Positions 18,726 to 29,454 of a DNA stretch of 64,000 nt are shown here, one piece after another (position 1 is the first letter of the stretch; each line of letters opens with the position of its first letter). The notes beneath the pieces were generated by a model. The model was not told where the DNA came from, did no database searches, and saw nothing but the letters and a program-made list of their open reading frames with translations. The DNA is from an uncultured Candidatus Saccharibacteria bacterium (GTDB taxonomy: Bacteria > Patescibacteriota > Minisyncoccia > Phycocordibacterales > UBA9973). Both the position numbers and the translations under genes were made by a program. The DNA is taken from contig CAZSFP010000001.1 of the NCBI GenBank assembly GCA_964606285.1, forward strand, positions 133,376 through 197,375. Direction: 5' to 3'.

Positions 18726-18902
18726 TCACCTTTCTTCATCAGGATGCCAATCCCATTCACATCTTCTGTCTATTTTTTTGCGTTCAATTCTTGCGTCTTC
18801 TCTTATTCGTTCTTCTGCTCTTTTGTTTACTTCTTCAAATCTTTTTTCAAAAGAACCCTCTGTAGGACGATATATATCTACATCATTGGAATTTTTACTC
18901 AT
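18726..18902 (-). CDS. Small charged hypothetical protein (58 aa, below ORF-track cutoff)
   Basis: MSKNSNDVDIYRPTEGSFEKRFEEVNKRAEERIREDARIERKKIDRRCEWDWHPDEER; TTGACA upstream. Confidence 0.5.
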   Translation of the reverse strand: MSKNSNDVDIYRPTEGSFEKRFEEVNKRAEERIREDARIERKKIDRRCEWDWHPDEER

Positions 18903-18964
18903 GACAAAACGGTATTTGTGATTTTTGTTTCAGTCTAGAATTTTACCCCACTGTTGTCAATAAA

Positions 18965-20050
18965 TTAGAAAAGACGTGCGATGTCTTTGTAGGTGATGAC
19001 AACCATGAGAAGGATAAGTAATCCGAAACCAATAGTATTCAAGAGATTCACAATTTTATGATTGATAGTTCTACCAGTCATTTTTTCTATGAGAAGGAAA
19101 AGGAGTCGTCCCCCGTCGAGTGCAGGAAATGGAATGAGATTGATAACCGCGAGATTGATGGAAAGAATTGCGGTAAAGAAAAGGAGATACATAAAGCCGA
19201 ACTGATACGCATCGCGAGTCATACCGGCAATACCGATCGGACCAGACACTGCAATACCTGATGATGATCCGCCAAAGATACTGCTGACCAAGTGACCAAA
19301 TGAAATGATCGTATCCTTGGTCAATCCATATGTTGAAAGAAATCCTTGATAGATCGCTTTGTGGATCGGGAGACGAATGGTCCCGATCGTATCCATCGCG
19401 ATACCGATACGGGCGACACCGTCAGTGACATGCGGTGTCACTTTTTGTTCATAATCTTCCCCACCGCGTTCATATGTGATCGTGATCGCTTCTTCGGGGT
19501 GCGCAAGAATAAATTCTGTCACTGTTCGCGGATCGAGATCTTTTGAAATGATTGTATCTTCGTCACCGACACCGATAATCACATCACCTGACTGGAATCC
19601 TGCGTACGACGCAGGAGATTCAGGTGTGACATTTGTGATAGTGAGTCGTGGTGGCGCGATAAATGCGGACGTGCTTGCAGAACCTGATGCTGGCATACCG
19701 GCCATGAATCCGACTGAGAGTAGCAACCATGCAAAAACAATATTGAATACGACACCAGCCACGAGAACAGCGGCTTGGATATGTCGTGGCTTTTTGATAA
19801 AGCTTCGCTTCTCATCACCACTGATATCATCCCCTGGATTTTCACCAAATATTTTCACAAATCCACCAAATGGAATCCAATTAAGCGTGTATTCCGTATC
19901 ACCTCGTTTCCACAGTCGTGCCACGCGTGGCGGAAATCCGAGTCCAAATTCATCAACACGGATACCAAAATATTTCGCTACGAGAAAATGTCCGCATTCA
20001 TGAACAAATACGAGGATAAACAATATAACGATAAAAAGAATGGCACTCAT
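18965..20050 (-). CDS. rseP: RIP metalloprotease RseP
   Basis: HECGH, PDZ domain, NLIPFPALDGG. Confidence 0.95.
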   Translation of the reverse strand: MSAILFIVILFILVFVHECGHFLVAKYFGIRVDEFGLGFPPRVARLWKRGDTEYTLNWIPFGGFVKIFGENPGDDISGDEKRSFIKKPRHIQAAVLVAGVVFNIVFAWLLLSVGFMAGMPASGSASTSAFIAPPRLTITNVTPESPASYAGFQSGDVIIGVGDEDTIISKDLDPRTVTEFILAHPEEAITITYERGGEDYEQKVTPHVTDGVARIGIAMDTIGTIRLPIHKAIYQGFLSTYGLTKDTIISFGHLVSSIFGGSSSGIAVSGPIGIAGMTRDAYQFGFMYLLFFTAILSINLAVINLIPFPALDGGRLLFLLIEKMTGRTINHKIVNLLNTIGFGLLILLMVVITYKDIARLF

Positions 20051-20601
20051 ACGGTCATGACTTCTTTTTCTTTACTCGCTGCCGTATCTTCGAGCTTGGC
20101 ATTGATGTCGTTGGTAAACTGCTGTAGCTGTTCTTTTGCCCTGAAACGTTCGTCTTCACTGATATCACCGTCTTTTTCTTTTTGTTCGATGTCTTTCATG
20201 ATACCGTCACGAGTCTTGCGAACGGTGATGCGCGCGTCTTCGAGTTTTTCTTTGACGATCTTCACGAGCTTCTGACGATTCTCAGTCGTGAGCATTGGGA
20301 AAATAGCGCGAACACCATCAGAATCTGATACAACAGAAAGTCCGGTGTTTGATGTTTGAATCGCCTTTTCAATACTCTTGATAGATGATTTGTCCCACGG
20401 TGCGATGCGGAGTGTTCTAGAATCTTCGATAGAAATAGATGCGATATTTTTGATCGGCATCATAGAACCATAGGATTCAACCATGATACTGTCGAGAATC
20501 ATCGGTGTTGCACGACCAGTGTGGAGTTGTGAATATTCTTTTGCGAGCCATTCATGCGCTTTTATAAAATCTGCCGGAAGTGTTGAGAAAATGTATGCCA
20601 T
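20047..20601 (-). CDS. frr: Ribosome recycling factor
   Basis: LHTGRATP, IAPWDKS, LTTENR, ISEDE. Start at MAYIF. Confidence 0.96.
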   Translation of the reverse strand: MAYIFSTLPADFIKAHEWLAKEYSQLHTGRATPMILDSIMVESYGSMMPIKNIASISIEDSRTLRIAPWDKSSIKSIEKAIQTSNTGLSVVSDSDGVRAIFPMLTTENRQKLVKIVKEKLEDARITVRKTRDGIMKDIEQKEKDGDISEDERFRAKEQLQQFTNDINAKLEDTAASKEKEVMTV

Positions 20602-20680
20602 ATATGGAAAAAGTATAGCAACAATGTCGTGTCCATGCAACAAAAAAAGCTCCGTTAAGAGCTTTTTTATTAAAAGACAT

Positions 20681-21394
20681 TTATTTTGTTTCAGATTTAC
20701 AAGAAAGAAATTGATTTCCTGCTGCATTGTGTTGCCATGGAGGCCATGCACGAATAGTCCAATGATTAGCAATAGATTCCCAGGTACAACTAACAGAATA
20801 AATACGTCCTGATTTTAATTTAAAAACACCAATAGCGTTTGAGTAATCGTTAGTTGTTAACAAATTTCCAATTTCGCCCTTCGGTTGTTTTCTAAGTTCA
20901 AAATAAAGATAATTTAGTCGTCTTTTAGCTTCTTCCCTATCTTTATAATTACTCAGGTCAATAATTTTCTGACCTATTTGAGGCCAAATAATATCGTCAT
21001 GTGCCTTTACAACGTTTCTGTACCAATGAAAAGTAACTTTTTGTTCAGAAACAGAGTCATGATCAGAAAAAACATCATTCAGAAAATCAGCAAAATCAGA
21101 ACCTACGATTGATATATTTAGATATTTTGTATCAAATTGTTTTACATGTAAACCGTCCAATTTTACAGTAACTTTTTTCATAAATTCAGTTACTTTTTTC
21201 TTTGCACTTTCAGTAACTTTCACAATTTTGTGTGTTCCATTAAGAAGTCCGAGTACATCATCCTTGTGAAGCTGATGAAATAGATCAATTAACTTTTTAA
21301 AGTCAATTTTCCAGTCAATGAACCACTTTTTGCAGAGTTCGAGCAAAATTGCAGGATTCTCACCCAACAACTCAACGACTTTTTGATAAGCCAT
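20681..21394 (-). CDS. Hypothetical protein (AT-rich ORFan)
   Basis: 237-aa ORF with own promoter (~21500-21528) and a hairpin at ~20642-20668. Confidence 0.7.
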   Translation of the reverse strand: MAYQKVVELLGENPAILLELCKKWFIDWKIDFKKLIDLFHQLHKDDVLGLLNGTHKIVKVTESAKKKVTEFMKKVTVKLDGLHVKQFDTKYLNISIVGSDFADFLNDVFSDHDSVSEQKVTFHWYRNVVKAHDDIIWPQIGQKIIDLSNYKDREEAKRRLNYLYFELRKQPKGEIGNLLTTNDYSNAIGVFKLKSGRIYSVSCTWESIANHWTIRAWPPWQHNAAGNQFLSCKSETK

Positions 21395-21535
21395 TTTGTA
21401 TTGCCTTATTATCTCACTTTCGCTACCTCATAAGGGCTTTTTTTGTTTTTAAATAACTATACCAATATCACCACACGTGATACTTCGTAGTCTTTACACA
21501 CAGTACTATTTTTTATTAAAAAGTCAAATATATAA

Positions 21536-21571
21536 AATTCTATATCTACGCCATGGTGTAGATATAGAATT
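21536..21571. repeat. 36-bp palindrome, GCCATGG family (orphan copy 3)
   Basis: AATTCTATATCTACGCCA|TGGTGTAGATATAGAATT, 1 mismatch. Confidence 0.85.
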
Positions 21572-21582
21572 ATAATAAAACA

Positions 21583-22221
21583 TTATTGAGAGAGTAACAC
21601 TGCCAACATCTCCAAAATCTGTTTTGGTGGATTACCGGGTTCACGGAGGAGCTGTTTTGCTTTGAGGCAGGCTTTGATTGGTTCCAGATTATTTTTATCT
21701 TTATACTTTATATAGAGTGCTCGTTCGAGATCATCGAGAAATGAAAGGAGAGATTGTTTTGCCGTCGGTGTTTCATCTTTGAGTGCATCGAGATAAGGTT
21801 CTACGATTTTAAATCGTTCTGGAATGGAACTCGTGATAAACGCTTGCGCATCTTTTTTTACTGCGTGTTCATCATCGAGGACGATGACTTGCATACGTGA
21901 TCGTAGTGTCGGAAGAATATCGATATATGGCATAACAAAGAAAAATGTCACCGCCGGATTTGGTTCTTCACAGAGTTTGAGTAGTGCATGCATCGCCTGG
22001 TGCGTCATACTGCCGGTTTGGATAATAAAAAATTGTCGGCCACCAGCTTCAATATCAGAAACAGTCAGTGCTCGCGCATCATCGATACTGAACACATCAT
22101 GTGTTTGAAAAATAATTTCTCCGTCCGGAATATGCGTCGTGATCCATGTCCTTATGTTTTCTCCAGAATAACCCTCAGCAATATATGCGTGATGTAGTTG
22201 TGCAGGATTTAGCGTTTTCAT
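21583..22221 (-). CDS. holB: DNA polymerase III delta' subunit-like (short CPR form)
   Basis: HHAY, SIDDAR, AMHALLKLCEEP, ILPTLRSR. Confidence 0.8.
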   Translation of the reverse strand: MKTLNPAQLHHAYIAEGYSGENIRTWITTHIPDGEIIFQTHDVFSIDDARALTVSDIEAGGRQFFIIQTGSMTHQAMHALLKLCEEPNPAVTFFFVMPYIDILPTLRSRMQVIVLDDEHAVKKDAQAFITSSIPERFKIVEPYLDALKDETPTAKQSLLSFLDDLERALYIKYKDKNNLEPIKACLKAKQLLREPGNPPKQILEMLAVLLSQ

Positions 22222-23240
22222 TAGAGTGTTGGCTTGCTCAAAATAGCGCGTTTATATTCATCGATGTGTTCGATCACCACACCAGTTCCCTTTGCGACAC
22301 ACAGCAGTGGTTCATCGGCGAGTCGGGCTTTGACACCAGTTTTTTGATAGACAAGCTCAGGAAGATTGCGAAGGAGTGATGAACCGCCGGTCATGATGAT
22401 GCCGTGATCGATGATGTCTGATGCGAGTTCTGGTGGTGTATCAGCAAGCACGTGTTTGATCGCCTTGATGATTTGTTTCAATTCATGATCGATTGCTTTC
22501 GTGATCTCATTTGTTGAAACGATCGCTTGACGCGGAAGTCCTTGGACAAAGTCACGACCTTTGATCGTTGCGCGGATTTCTTCATCGAGCAGTGTTGCTG
22601 AGCCTATTTTTATTTTAATCTCTTCGGCTGTCCTGTCGCCGATCGCGAGATTGAAAGTCTTTTTGATATAGTCGGCGATCGCCGCATCGATTTTATTGCC
22701 CGCATGTTTGACCGATGTACATGACACGATACCTCCGAGTGAAATCACGGCGACATCTGTCGTACCACCACCAATATCAACGATCATGTAGCCTGCGGAC
22801 TCATATATAGGTATACCCGCACCGATAGCCGCGAGAACTGGCTCTTTGACGATATAGGCGTTCTTCGCCCCTGCACGAATCGCAGCTTCGACAACTGCAC
22901 GGCGTTCAGTCGAAGTAATACCAGCCGGTACGGAGATGACCACATCCGGTTTCCAGATATTCCATTTACCGAGCGCTTTATGGATGAAGTACCGGAGCAT
23001 TGCTTCGGTCACGCCATAGTCTGCAATGACACCATCGCGGAGGGGTCGGTGGGCAACGATACTGTCCGGCGTTTTACCGATCATCGCTTTTGCTGCCAAA
23101 CCAATCGCGACGATTTTGTTTTCTTGCTCAGAGACAGCAACAACCGACGGTTCATTGAGGACAATTCCCTTTCCAGGCACGAAAACAAGCGTTTGTGTGG
23201 TTCCCAAATCTATGCCCAATTTTGGTGAAAAAAGTCCCAT
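22221..23240 (-). CDS. mreB: Rod shape-determining protein MreB
   Basis: GIDLGT, EPSVVA, RPLRDGVIAD, DIGGGTTD. Start at MGLFSP. Confidence 0.97.
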   Translation of the reverse strand: MGLFSPKLGIDLGTTQTLVFVPGKGIVLNEPSVVAVSEQENKIVAIGLAAKAMIGKTPDSIVAHRPLRDGVIADYGVTEAMLRYFIHKALGKWNIWKPDVVISVPAGITSTERRAVVEAAIRAGAKNAYIVKEPVLAAIGAGIPIYESAGYMIVDIGGGTTDVAVISLGGIVSCTSVKHAGNKIDAAIADYIKKTFNLAIGDRTAEEIKIKIGSATLLDEEIRATIKGRDFVQGLPRQAIVSTNEITKAIDHELKQIIKAIKHVLADTPPELASDIIDHGIIMTGGSSLLRNLPELVYQKTGVKARLADEPLLCVAKGTGVVIEHIDEYKRAILSKPTL

Positions 23241-23265
23241 ATAATGGCGAAGTATAGCAGGAATT

Positions 23266-23298
23266 CTAGTAAGTAGTAAGTAGTTTGTAGTGAGTAGG
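23266..23298. repeat. Heptameric TAGTAAG-like tandem repeats
   Basis: CTAGTAAGTAGTAAGTAGTTTGTAGTGAGTAGG; a similar tract lies at 18116-18147. Confidence 0.6.
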
Positions 23299-23328
23299 AA
23301 TACGGCTATTTCATGGTATGGTAGATAT

Positions 23329-25218
23329 ATGAAAGTCGTTACGGTCATCCCGATTACCAAATACAAAGAACAACAAACTTTATCGTATTTTTCTGATGAC
23401 ACCGTCGAAGTTGGTATGATTGTCATAGCACCAATCAGAAAGACTGACACCCGCATGCTCGTCATCGAAGCAATACCGGCAAGTATGCAAAAAAGTGCAC
23501 TCAAACAATCTGCATATCAATTGAAAAAAATAAAAAAGTCTGCCGGTTATCTGCCGATGTACACGACACTCCTTCCTGTTCTTCATCAGTGTGCGATATT
23601 TTATCGCGTGTCAGACAGTGTTCTCCTGCGAATGTTTTTACCGGAACGAATTATGGAATCATTGCAATCATTGCGCCAACCACTACTTCTTCCAAAACAA
23701 TCAACGCTCATAGAAATCTACCAAGCATCACTTGCTGAACGAATTCTATTTTACAAAGTAAAAATCCGCACACTGATCGCAGAAAAAAAATCCCTCTACA
23801 TCGTGGTCCCCACACAGAGCGATGCGTTATTTTTTGAAAAAGAATTGTCACACGGCATCGAACCGCACGTCATCCGGCTCGATTCATCACTCACAAAAAA
23901 AGAATGGCGAACAGAAACAGACAAAACAATTCCTGGTACGCCGATCTGTGCGATCGTAACACCTGCCTTTTTTTCATATCCGCTCGACAACGTCGGTCTC
24001 ATCATCATGGAAAGCGAAGGTCACAGCGGCTATCGGTCTCGGGACAAATCATATGATTATCGGATGATCGTCGAAACCTATGCAAGAACGTGTGGTATTC
24101 CACTTATTTTTAGTGATACATTTCTCCGGTTTGAAACACTTATCCGGCTCGAGCAAGGTATTATCGGCATGATCCAGCCACCGTCATTCAATCTCCCTCA
24201 AAACAATCACCAGATCATTCAGTTTATTCAAAAACCAAAAGAAAAACAATTTTCACTTCTCATGCCAGAAGTTCGCGACATGATTCGCACATCAATCGCA
24301 AAAGGAACATCGGTATTTTTATTTGCGAGCCGAAAAGGGATTGCACAAACAACCGTCTGTCGTGATTGTGGTACTGTTGTTTCCTGTTCAACATGTGCAT
24401 TACCACTCACACTTTCTGTCACTGAAAAGAAAGAGAGAATTTTTACCTGCCGGCATTGCAATCGTGTCTACGACACACTGACGACATGCGTCAGTTGTTC
24501 GAGCTGGCATCTACTGCCGCTCGGCAGCGGTAGTGCACGAATCGAAGAAGAATTACAAACTCTATTTCCTGAAACTACAGTCTATCGACTCGACAAAGAC
24601 AGCGCACCGACAGAAAAAAAAGCACAAGCAATATATGATGCATGGCAGGAAAATTCCGGAAGTGTTCTCATCGGAACAGAATATGTATTTCAATACATGC
24701 GCGAACGATTTCAAAAAACCGTCATCATATCGTTCGATAGTTTAACCGCAATCCCGTCATACACGACAAACGAACGTGTTCTTCGCCTTCTCGACATCAT
24801 CGGTACCGCGACAGAAGAATTGTTCGTACAAACTCGACATACGGATGATCCAATTCTTACTTCATACGAAACTAGATCATGGTTGCCGCTCTATACACAA
24901 GAAAAAGAATTACGAAAAACATTCAATCTCCCACCATACGGAAGAATCATCGCGATGACGCTCACCATTCCAGAAAAAAATGAAGATTCGATACTCGCTG
25001 ATCTCGAACAAACATTCACTCCATGGAAACCACTCGTTAAAAAATCCCGAGGATTGCGTGAACGAACCTCCGACATCACACTCGTGATCCGAGCAGCAAA
25101 AGAAGAGTGGCAGATCAACAAACACGGCATATTTGAAGGAAACGAAGACCTCCGTGAGAAAATAGACAGTATTCCGGCTATTAACCTGTTCCGAATCGAC
25201 CCAGATCACTTGCTCTAA
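23329..25218 (+). CDS. priA: Primosomal protein N' (PriA), helicase-degenerate
   Basis: 3'-DNA-binding N-terminus (LSY), four CxxC motifs, GSG..RIEEEL, LIGTE, LPPY. Walker A and DEEH are not recognisable. Confidence 0.88.
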   Translation: MKVVTVIPITKYKEQQTLSYFSDDTVEVGMIVIAPIRKTDTRMLVIEAIPASMQKSALKQSAYQLKKIKKSAGYLPMYTTLLPVLHQCAIFYRVSDSVLLRMFLPERIMESLQSLRQPLLLPKQSTLIEIYQASLAERILFYKVKIRTLIAEKKSLYIVVPTQSDALFFEKELSHGIEPHVIRLDSSLTKKEWRTETDKTIPGTPICAIVTPAFFSYPLDNVGLIIMESEGHSGYRSRDKSYDYRMIVETYARTCGIPLIFSDTFLRFETLIRLEQGIIGMIQPPSFNLPQNNHQIIQFIQKPKEKQFSLLMPEVRDMIRTSIAKGTSVFLFASRKGIAQTTVCRDCGTVVSCSTCALPLTLSVTEKKERIFTCRHCNRVYDTLTTCVSCSSWHLLPLGSGSARIEEELQTLFPETTVYRLDKDSAPTEKKAQAIYDAWQENSGSVLIGTEYVFQYMRERFQKTVIISFDSLTAIPSYTTNERVLRLLDIIGTATEELFVQTRHTDDPILTSYETRSWLPLYTQEKELRKTFNLPPYGRIIAMTLTIPEKNEDSILADLEQTFTPWKPLVKKSRGLRERTSDITLVIRAAKEEWQINKHGIFEGNEDLREKIDSIPAINLFRIDPDHLL

Positions 25219-25245
25219 AAAAAGAAATATGCTACTGTTTGGTCT

Positions 25246-25473
25246 ATGTCAACAACCAATATTGAAGTCAAAAAGAATGGCAACGAAAACGGCATGTCTC
25301 TCATCCGCCGCTTTTCACGACGCATGCAAGAATCTGGCATTATCATCAATGTCAAAAAGAACCGCTATGTCGTTCGAAAACCTTCAAAACTCGTAAAGAA
25401 AACAGGTGCACTCAAGCGCCTCAAGAAGCGAAAAGAAATGGATGCGCTTCGCAAAATGGGCAAAGCAAAATAA
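25246..25473 (+). CDS. rpsU: 30S ribosomal protein bS21
   Basis: EVKK..NE...SLIRRFSR..QESGI...K.RY..KPS; basic. Confidence 0.8.
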   Translation: MSTTNIEVKKNGNENGMSLIRRFSRRMQESGIIINVKKNRYVVRKPSKLVKKTGALKRLKKRKEMDALRKMGKAK

Positions 25474-25476
25474 TCC

Positions 25477-25914
25477 ATGAAAAAAGAGATCGGAGACTGC
25501 ACAGTTTCAAATCAGACAAAAGGCACGCTCCCTCGCGTGCCTTTTGCTCGTATCAAAAATGAAATCTTAGGCGAAACATATCAACTCTCCATTGCACTCG
25601 TCACACCACCGCACGCAAAAAAAATAAATATACAGACCCGCAACAAAGATTATATTCCGAACGTTCTTTCTTTTTCTTTGTCGAAAACTTCCGGAGAAAT
25701 TATTTTGTGTCCGAGTGAAATAAAAAAACAGACGAAAGAATTTCAGATGACAGCAACTGAACTCTTGATATACATGGTTATCCACGGATGCCTGCATTTG
25801 AAAGGATACGATCATAGTAGTAGAATGGACAAACAGGAAGTGCGATATCTCACAATGTTTGCACCAACCGTATCTCATGGCATCACTCACCACAAAAATA
25901 ATCACAAGTATTGA
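25477..25914 (+). CDS. ybeY: rRNA maturation endoribonuclease YbeY
   Basis: RNKDY.PNVLSF, HGCLHLKGYDH. Confidence 0.93.
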   Translation: MKKEIGDCTVSNQTKGTLPRVPFARIKNEILGETYQLSIALVTPPHAKKINIQTRNKDYIPNVLSFSLSKTSGEIILCPSEIKKQTKEFQMTATELLIYMVIHGCLHLKGYDHSSRMDKQEVRYLTMFAPTVSHGITHHKNNHKY

Positions 25915-27031
25915 TATCGGCGACGCAATGACCAAAGTCGTCATTGCGCAAATGGATAGTACTTCGCCGTATCCAACCATCTTGGGAACCGGAAATGCAC
26001 TGACGAATGGCATGAAAGACGGTTATATCGTCAATCAAAACGATGTTGAAAAAAGTCTCAAAAAAGCAGTCAAAGAAGCAGAGAAGACTGCCGGTATAAA
26101 AATCAAGCGCGCCGTCGTCGGTATCAATAGTTTCGGACTCACATCACACATCGCAGTCGGCAGCGCGATCGTCTCACGTGCCGACGGTGAAGTCTCATCA
26201 CATGATATCGATAAAGCGATCAAAGAATCCGCAAAAGATTCGATCGATCCGAACAAGAAAATTCTTTATCATCTCCCGATCGAATTTAGGATTGACGGCA
26301 AAGATATTTTGGGAACACCAGAAGGAACCAAAGGTATCAAACTCGAAACCCGTGTTCTCTTTGTCACCGCATTTACAAAACACATCGACACACTCTTTGA
26401 GACGATAGAAAACATCGATATCGAAGTTTCTCGAATTATTCCATCACCCATCGCCCTTGCTGCTGTTGCGCTTTCTGAAAAACAAAAAACAGTTGGTTGT
26501 CTTCTCGTCGACATCGGCGGCGACACTGTTTCAGTTGGTCTTTATGAAAATGGTATGCCGCTTGGTATTCACGTATTTCCTGTCGGATCAAGTGACATCA
26601 CAAATGATATTGCGATCGGACTCAAAACAAGTCTCGAAGAAGCGGAGCAAATCAAACTCGGCTCCTATGGCCTCCATCCAAAAAGAAAAGTTGACGACAT
26701 CATCAACGCACGACTCGATGACATCTATGACCTCATCGACCGCTATTTGAAAAAAATGAAGCGAAGTGAACTCTTGCCTGCTGGTATCATCCTCGTCGGT
26801 GGCGGCGCAATGCAATCCGGTATCGAAGAACGAACAAAAGATGCATTGCGACTTCCTGCACGCATCGGATTTACCGAATTTTTCATACAATCAAAAAACA
26901 AATGGCGCGATGCGAGCTGGGCATCAGCATACGGTCTCATTTTGTATTCATTCAATCGTACTGACGACACAGAAAAGAAATCGACACTCAAAGAATGGTG
27001 GACGCGACTTTTCAAACAACTCATGCCGTAA
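25877..27031 (+). CDS. ftsA: Cell division protein FtsA
   Basis: IDIG, VDIGGDT, ITNDIAIGL, GIILVGGG; directly upstream of ftsZ. Confidence 0.95.
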   Translation: MASLTTKIITSIDIGDAMTKVVIAQMDSTSPYPTILGTGNALTNGMKDGYIVNQNDVEKSLKKAVKEAEKTAGIKIKRAVVGINSFGLTSHIAVGSAIVSRADGEVSSHDIDKAIKESAKDSIDPNKKILYHLPIEFRIDGKDILGTPEGTKGIKLETRVLFVTAFTKHIDTLFETIENIDIEVSRIIPSPIALAAVALSEKQKTVGCLLVDIGGDTVSVGLYENGMPLGIHVFPVGSSDITNDIAIGLKTSLEEAEQIKLGSYGLHPKRKVDDIINARLDDIYDLIDRYLKKMKRSELLPAGIILVGGGAMQSGIEERTKDALRLPARIGFTEFFIQSKNKWRDASWASAYGLILYSFNRTDDTEKKSTLKEWWTRLFKQLMP

Positions 27032-27131
27032 CGTTTTTTGTGTCTTGTAAAGAGATTCCTTTTTTGACAAGGGTCTGATATGATAGTTCCGACGAGAGAC
27101 TTTCTCCCGCCTTACGAATAATCATTATCTT

Positions 27132-28382
27132 ATGCCAAAACTCAATCCTGATATCGAAACGTTTGCCCGAATCAAGGTTGTCGGCGTTGGCGGCTCCGGA
27201 AAAAACGCCCTCAATCACATGATTTCGTCCAAGGTCAAAGGCGTTGGTTTCATTTCAATGAACACCGATACGCAAGACTTGCACAATTCTCTTTCCGACA
27301 AAAAAATACACCTCGGTAAAAACCTCACTCGCGGTCTCGGTGCCGGTATGAATCCGGAAATCGGACGACGCGCAGCAGAAGAAACAAAAGCAGAAATCCA
27401 AGACACACTCAAAGGTTCGAGTATGGTGTTCATCGCCTGTGGTATGGGTGGCGGTACCGGAACTGGTGCAGCACCGACCATCGCACGTTGTGCAAAAGAT
27501 CAAGGCATCCTTACTGTTGCTGTCGTGACGAAACCATTCTTCTTTGAAGGTGCACAACGTATGCGACTCGCAGAAGCCGGCATCAGTGAACTCGAAAAAG
27601 AAGTTGATGCGATCATCGTGATTCCAAACGACCGACTCCTCACACTCGCTGGCAAAGATATGGGTATCAAAGAAGCATTCGGCATGTGTGATGAAGTGCT
27701 TCGCCAAGCCGTCGAAGGTATTTCTGATTTGATCACCATTCCTGGTACGATCAACAACATTGACTTTGCTGATATCAAAGCGGTTCTCCAAGACGCAGGA
27801 TCTGCGCTCATGGGTATCGGTAATGCATCTGGTGAAGGACGTGCTGAAAAAGCTGCCCTCGAAGCGATCAACTCTCCACTTCTCGAAACATCAGTCAATG
27901 GTGCTCGCGGTGTTCTCTTTGCTATCTCCGGCAGTGATGATGTCACGCTCAACGAAGTTCAGACTGCTGCGAAAATCATCACTGAATCTATCGACAAAGA
28001 CGCAAAAGTTATCTTTGGAACGACATTTGATGACCGTCTCAAAAAAGGTGAAATCAAAATCACAGTCATTGCCGCTGGTTTTCCAAACGACGCACCAAAG
28101 AAATCTCTTTTTCATGCAGCACCAAGCAGTCAAAAATCCGAACCGATGCGTCCAATAGAAAAAGAACAGACGAAAGAATCAATCTTTTCTGCCCTCTCTC
28201 CTGAACCAAAAAAAGAGGAACCAAAAACGATCCACAATTCCCTTCCATCACAATCCGAATTCATCCGCAAAGCGGATCAAACCCCGAAACCAACGATCGA
28301 AATCAATGATGATGATATGGGTGGTGACGGTGAAGAAGATGACTGGAGCGCAGTTCCCGCATTTCTCCGAAGAAAGAAATAG
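27132..28382 (+). CDS. ftsZ: Cell division protein FtsZ
   Basis: GGGTGTG, NIDFAD, C-terminal VPAFLR. Confidence 0.99.
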   Translation: MPKLNPDIETFARIKVVGVGGSGKNALNHMISSKVKGVGFISMNTDTQDLHNSLSDKKIHLGKNLTRGLGAGMNPEIGRRAAEETKAEIQDTLKGSSMVFIACGMGGGTGTGAAPTIARCAKDQGILTVAVVTKPFFFEGAQRMRLAEAGISELEKEVDAIIVIPNDRLLTLAGKDMGIKEAFGMCDEVLRQAVEGISDLITIPGTINNIDFADIKAVLQDAGSALMGIGNASGEGRAEKAALEAINSPLLETSVNGARGVLFAISGSDDVTLNEVQTAAKIITESIDKDAKVIFGTTFDDRLKKGEIKITVIAAGFPNDAPKKSLFHAAPSSQKSEPMRPIEKEQTKESIFSALSPEPKKEEPKTIHNSLPSQSEFIRKADQTPKPTIEINDDDMGGDGEEDDWSAVPAFLRRKK

Positions 28383-28478
28383 AAGAACAGTACAGAGTAC
28401 GAAGTACATAGTATTAAAAGAAAAAATCTCACCTAGGTGAGATTTTTTCTTTTAATTTTCTATGGTACACTGTTTTTT

Positions 28479-29414
28479 ATGCAACAATTATACGATCTCA
28501 TAATCATCGGCGGTGGACCAGCAGGATGCGCGGCGGCAGTCTATGCAGCCCGCAAACGCATGAAGGCGCTGCTTATCGCGGCAGAATTTGGAGGCCAATC
28601 CATCGTCTCAGAAAAAATCTACAACTGGATCGGCACACCGGAGATCAGTGGTCCTGACCTCGCTCACAGTCTCGAGGCCCACGTCCGTGAATATGTCAAA
28701 GATGGTGAGACACTCAGTCTTGAAAAAGGTATTTATGCTGAAAAAGTAGAAAAAACAACTGACGGATATATCGTTACGGCGGGTGGTAAATCATTTGAAA
28801 CAAAAACACTCCTCATCACAACTGGTAGCTCTCGAAAGAAAATTGATGTTCCCGGTGCGGCACAATTTGAAAACAAAGGTATCGTCTATTGTGCGTCATG
28901 TGACGGTCCACTCTTTTCAGGTATGGATGTTGCAGTCATTGGCGGCGGGAATGCAGGTTTTGAATCTGCGGCTCAACTCCTCGCATACACGAACTCTGTC
29001 ACACTCTTTAACCGCACCGATCATTTTCGTGCAGATCAAACCACAGTCGATAAAGTTCTCGCCCATCCAAATATGCGCGTCATTACACACGCAAAACCTG
29101 TCGAAATCGAAGGTGAAAAATTTGTCAGTGGTATCAAATATGAAAACACAAAAACTGGTGAAATAAAAACATTGCCCGTCAGTGGTATCTTTGTTGAAAT
29201 CGGTCAAATTCCAAATACGGGATATGTTGCCGATGTCGTAAAACTCACTGAGTTTGGCACTATCGTCACTGATCCAACAAATCAGCAAACCTCAGCCCCG
29301 GGTATCTGGGCAGCCGGTGACTGTACCGACGGCATCTATCACCAGAACAATATTGCTGCCGGTGATGCGGTCAAAGCTATTGAAGACATCTATCAATACC
29401 TCAATGCAAGATAA
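28479..29414 (+). CDS. trxB: Thioredoxin reductase / AhpF-like disulfide oxidoreductase
   Basis: GGGPAG, CASCDG, GGGNAG, AAGD. Start at MQQLYD. Confidence 0.9.
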   Translation: MQQLYDLIIIGGGPAGCAAAVYAARKRMKALLIAAEFGGQSIVSEKIYNWIGTPEISGPDLAHSLEAHVREYVKDGETLSLEKGIYAEKVEKTTDGYIVTAGGKSFETKTLLITTGSSRKKIDVPGAAQFENKGIVYCASCDGPLFSGMDVAVIGGGNAGFESAAQLLAYTNSVTLFNRTDHFRADQTTVDKVLAHPNMRVITHAKPVEIEGEKFVSGIKYENTKTGEIKTLPVSGIFVEIGQIPNTGYVADVVKLTEFGTIVTDPTNQQTSAPGIWAAGDCTDGIYHQNNIAAGDAVKAIEDIYQYLNAR

Positions 29415-29454
29415 AGTATAAAAAAATTCCCTCAGTATTGAGGGAATTTTTATT

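Noticed and set aside
21400-21440. AGGTAGCGAAA (minus strand), similar to 23S H71, in an ORFan leader
   Set aside because: An 11-nt match without surrounding rRNA structure; likely chance.
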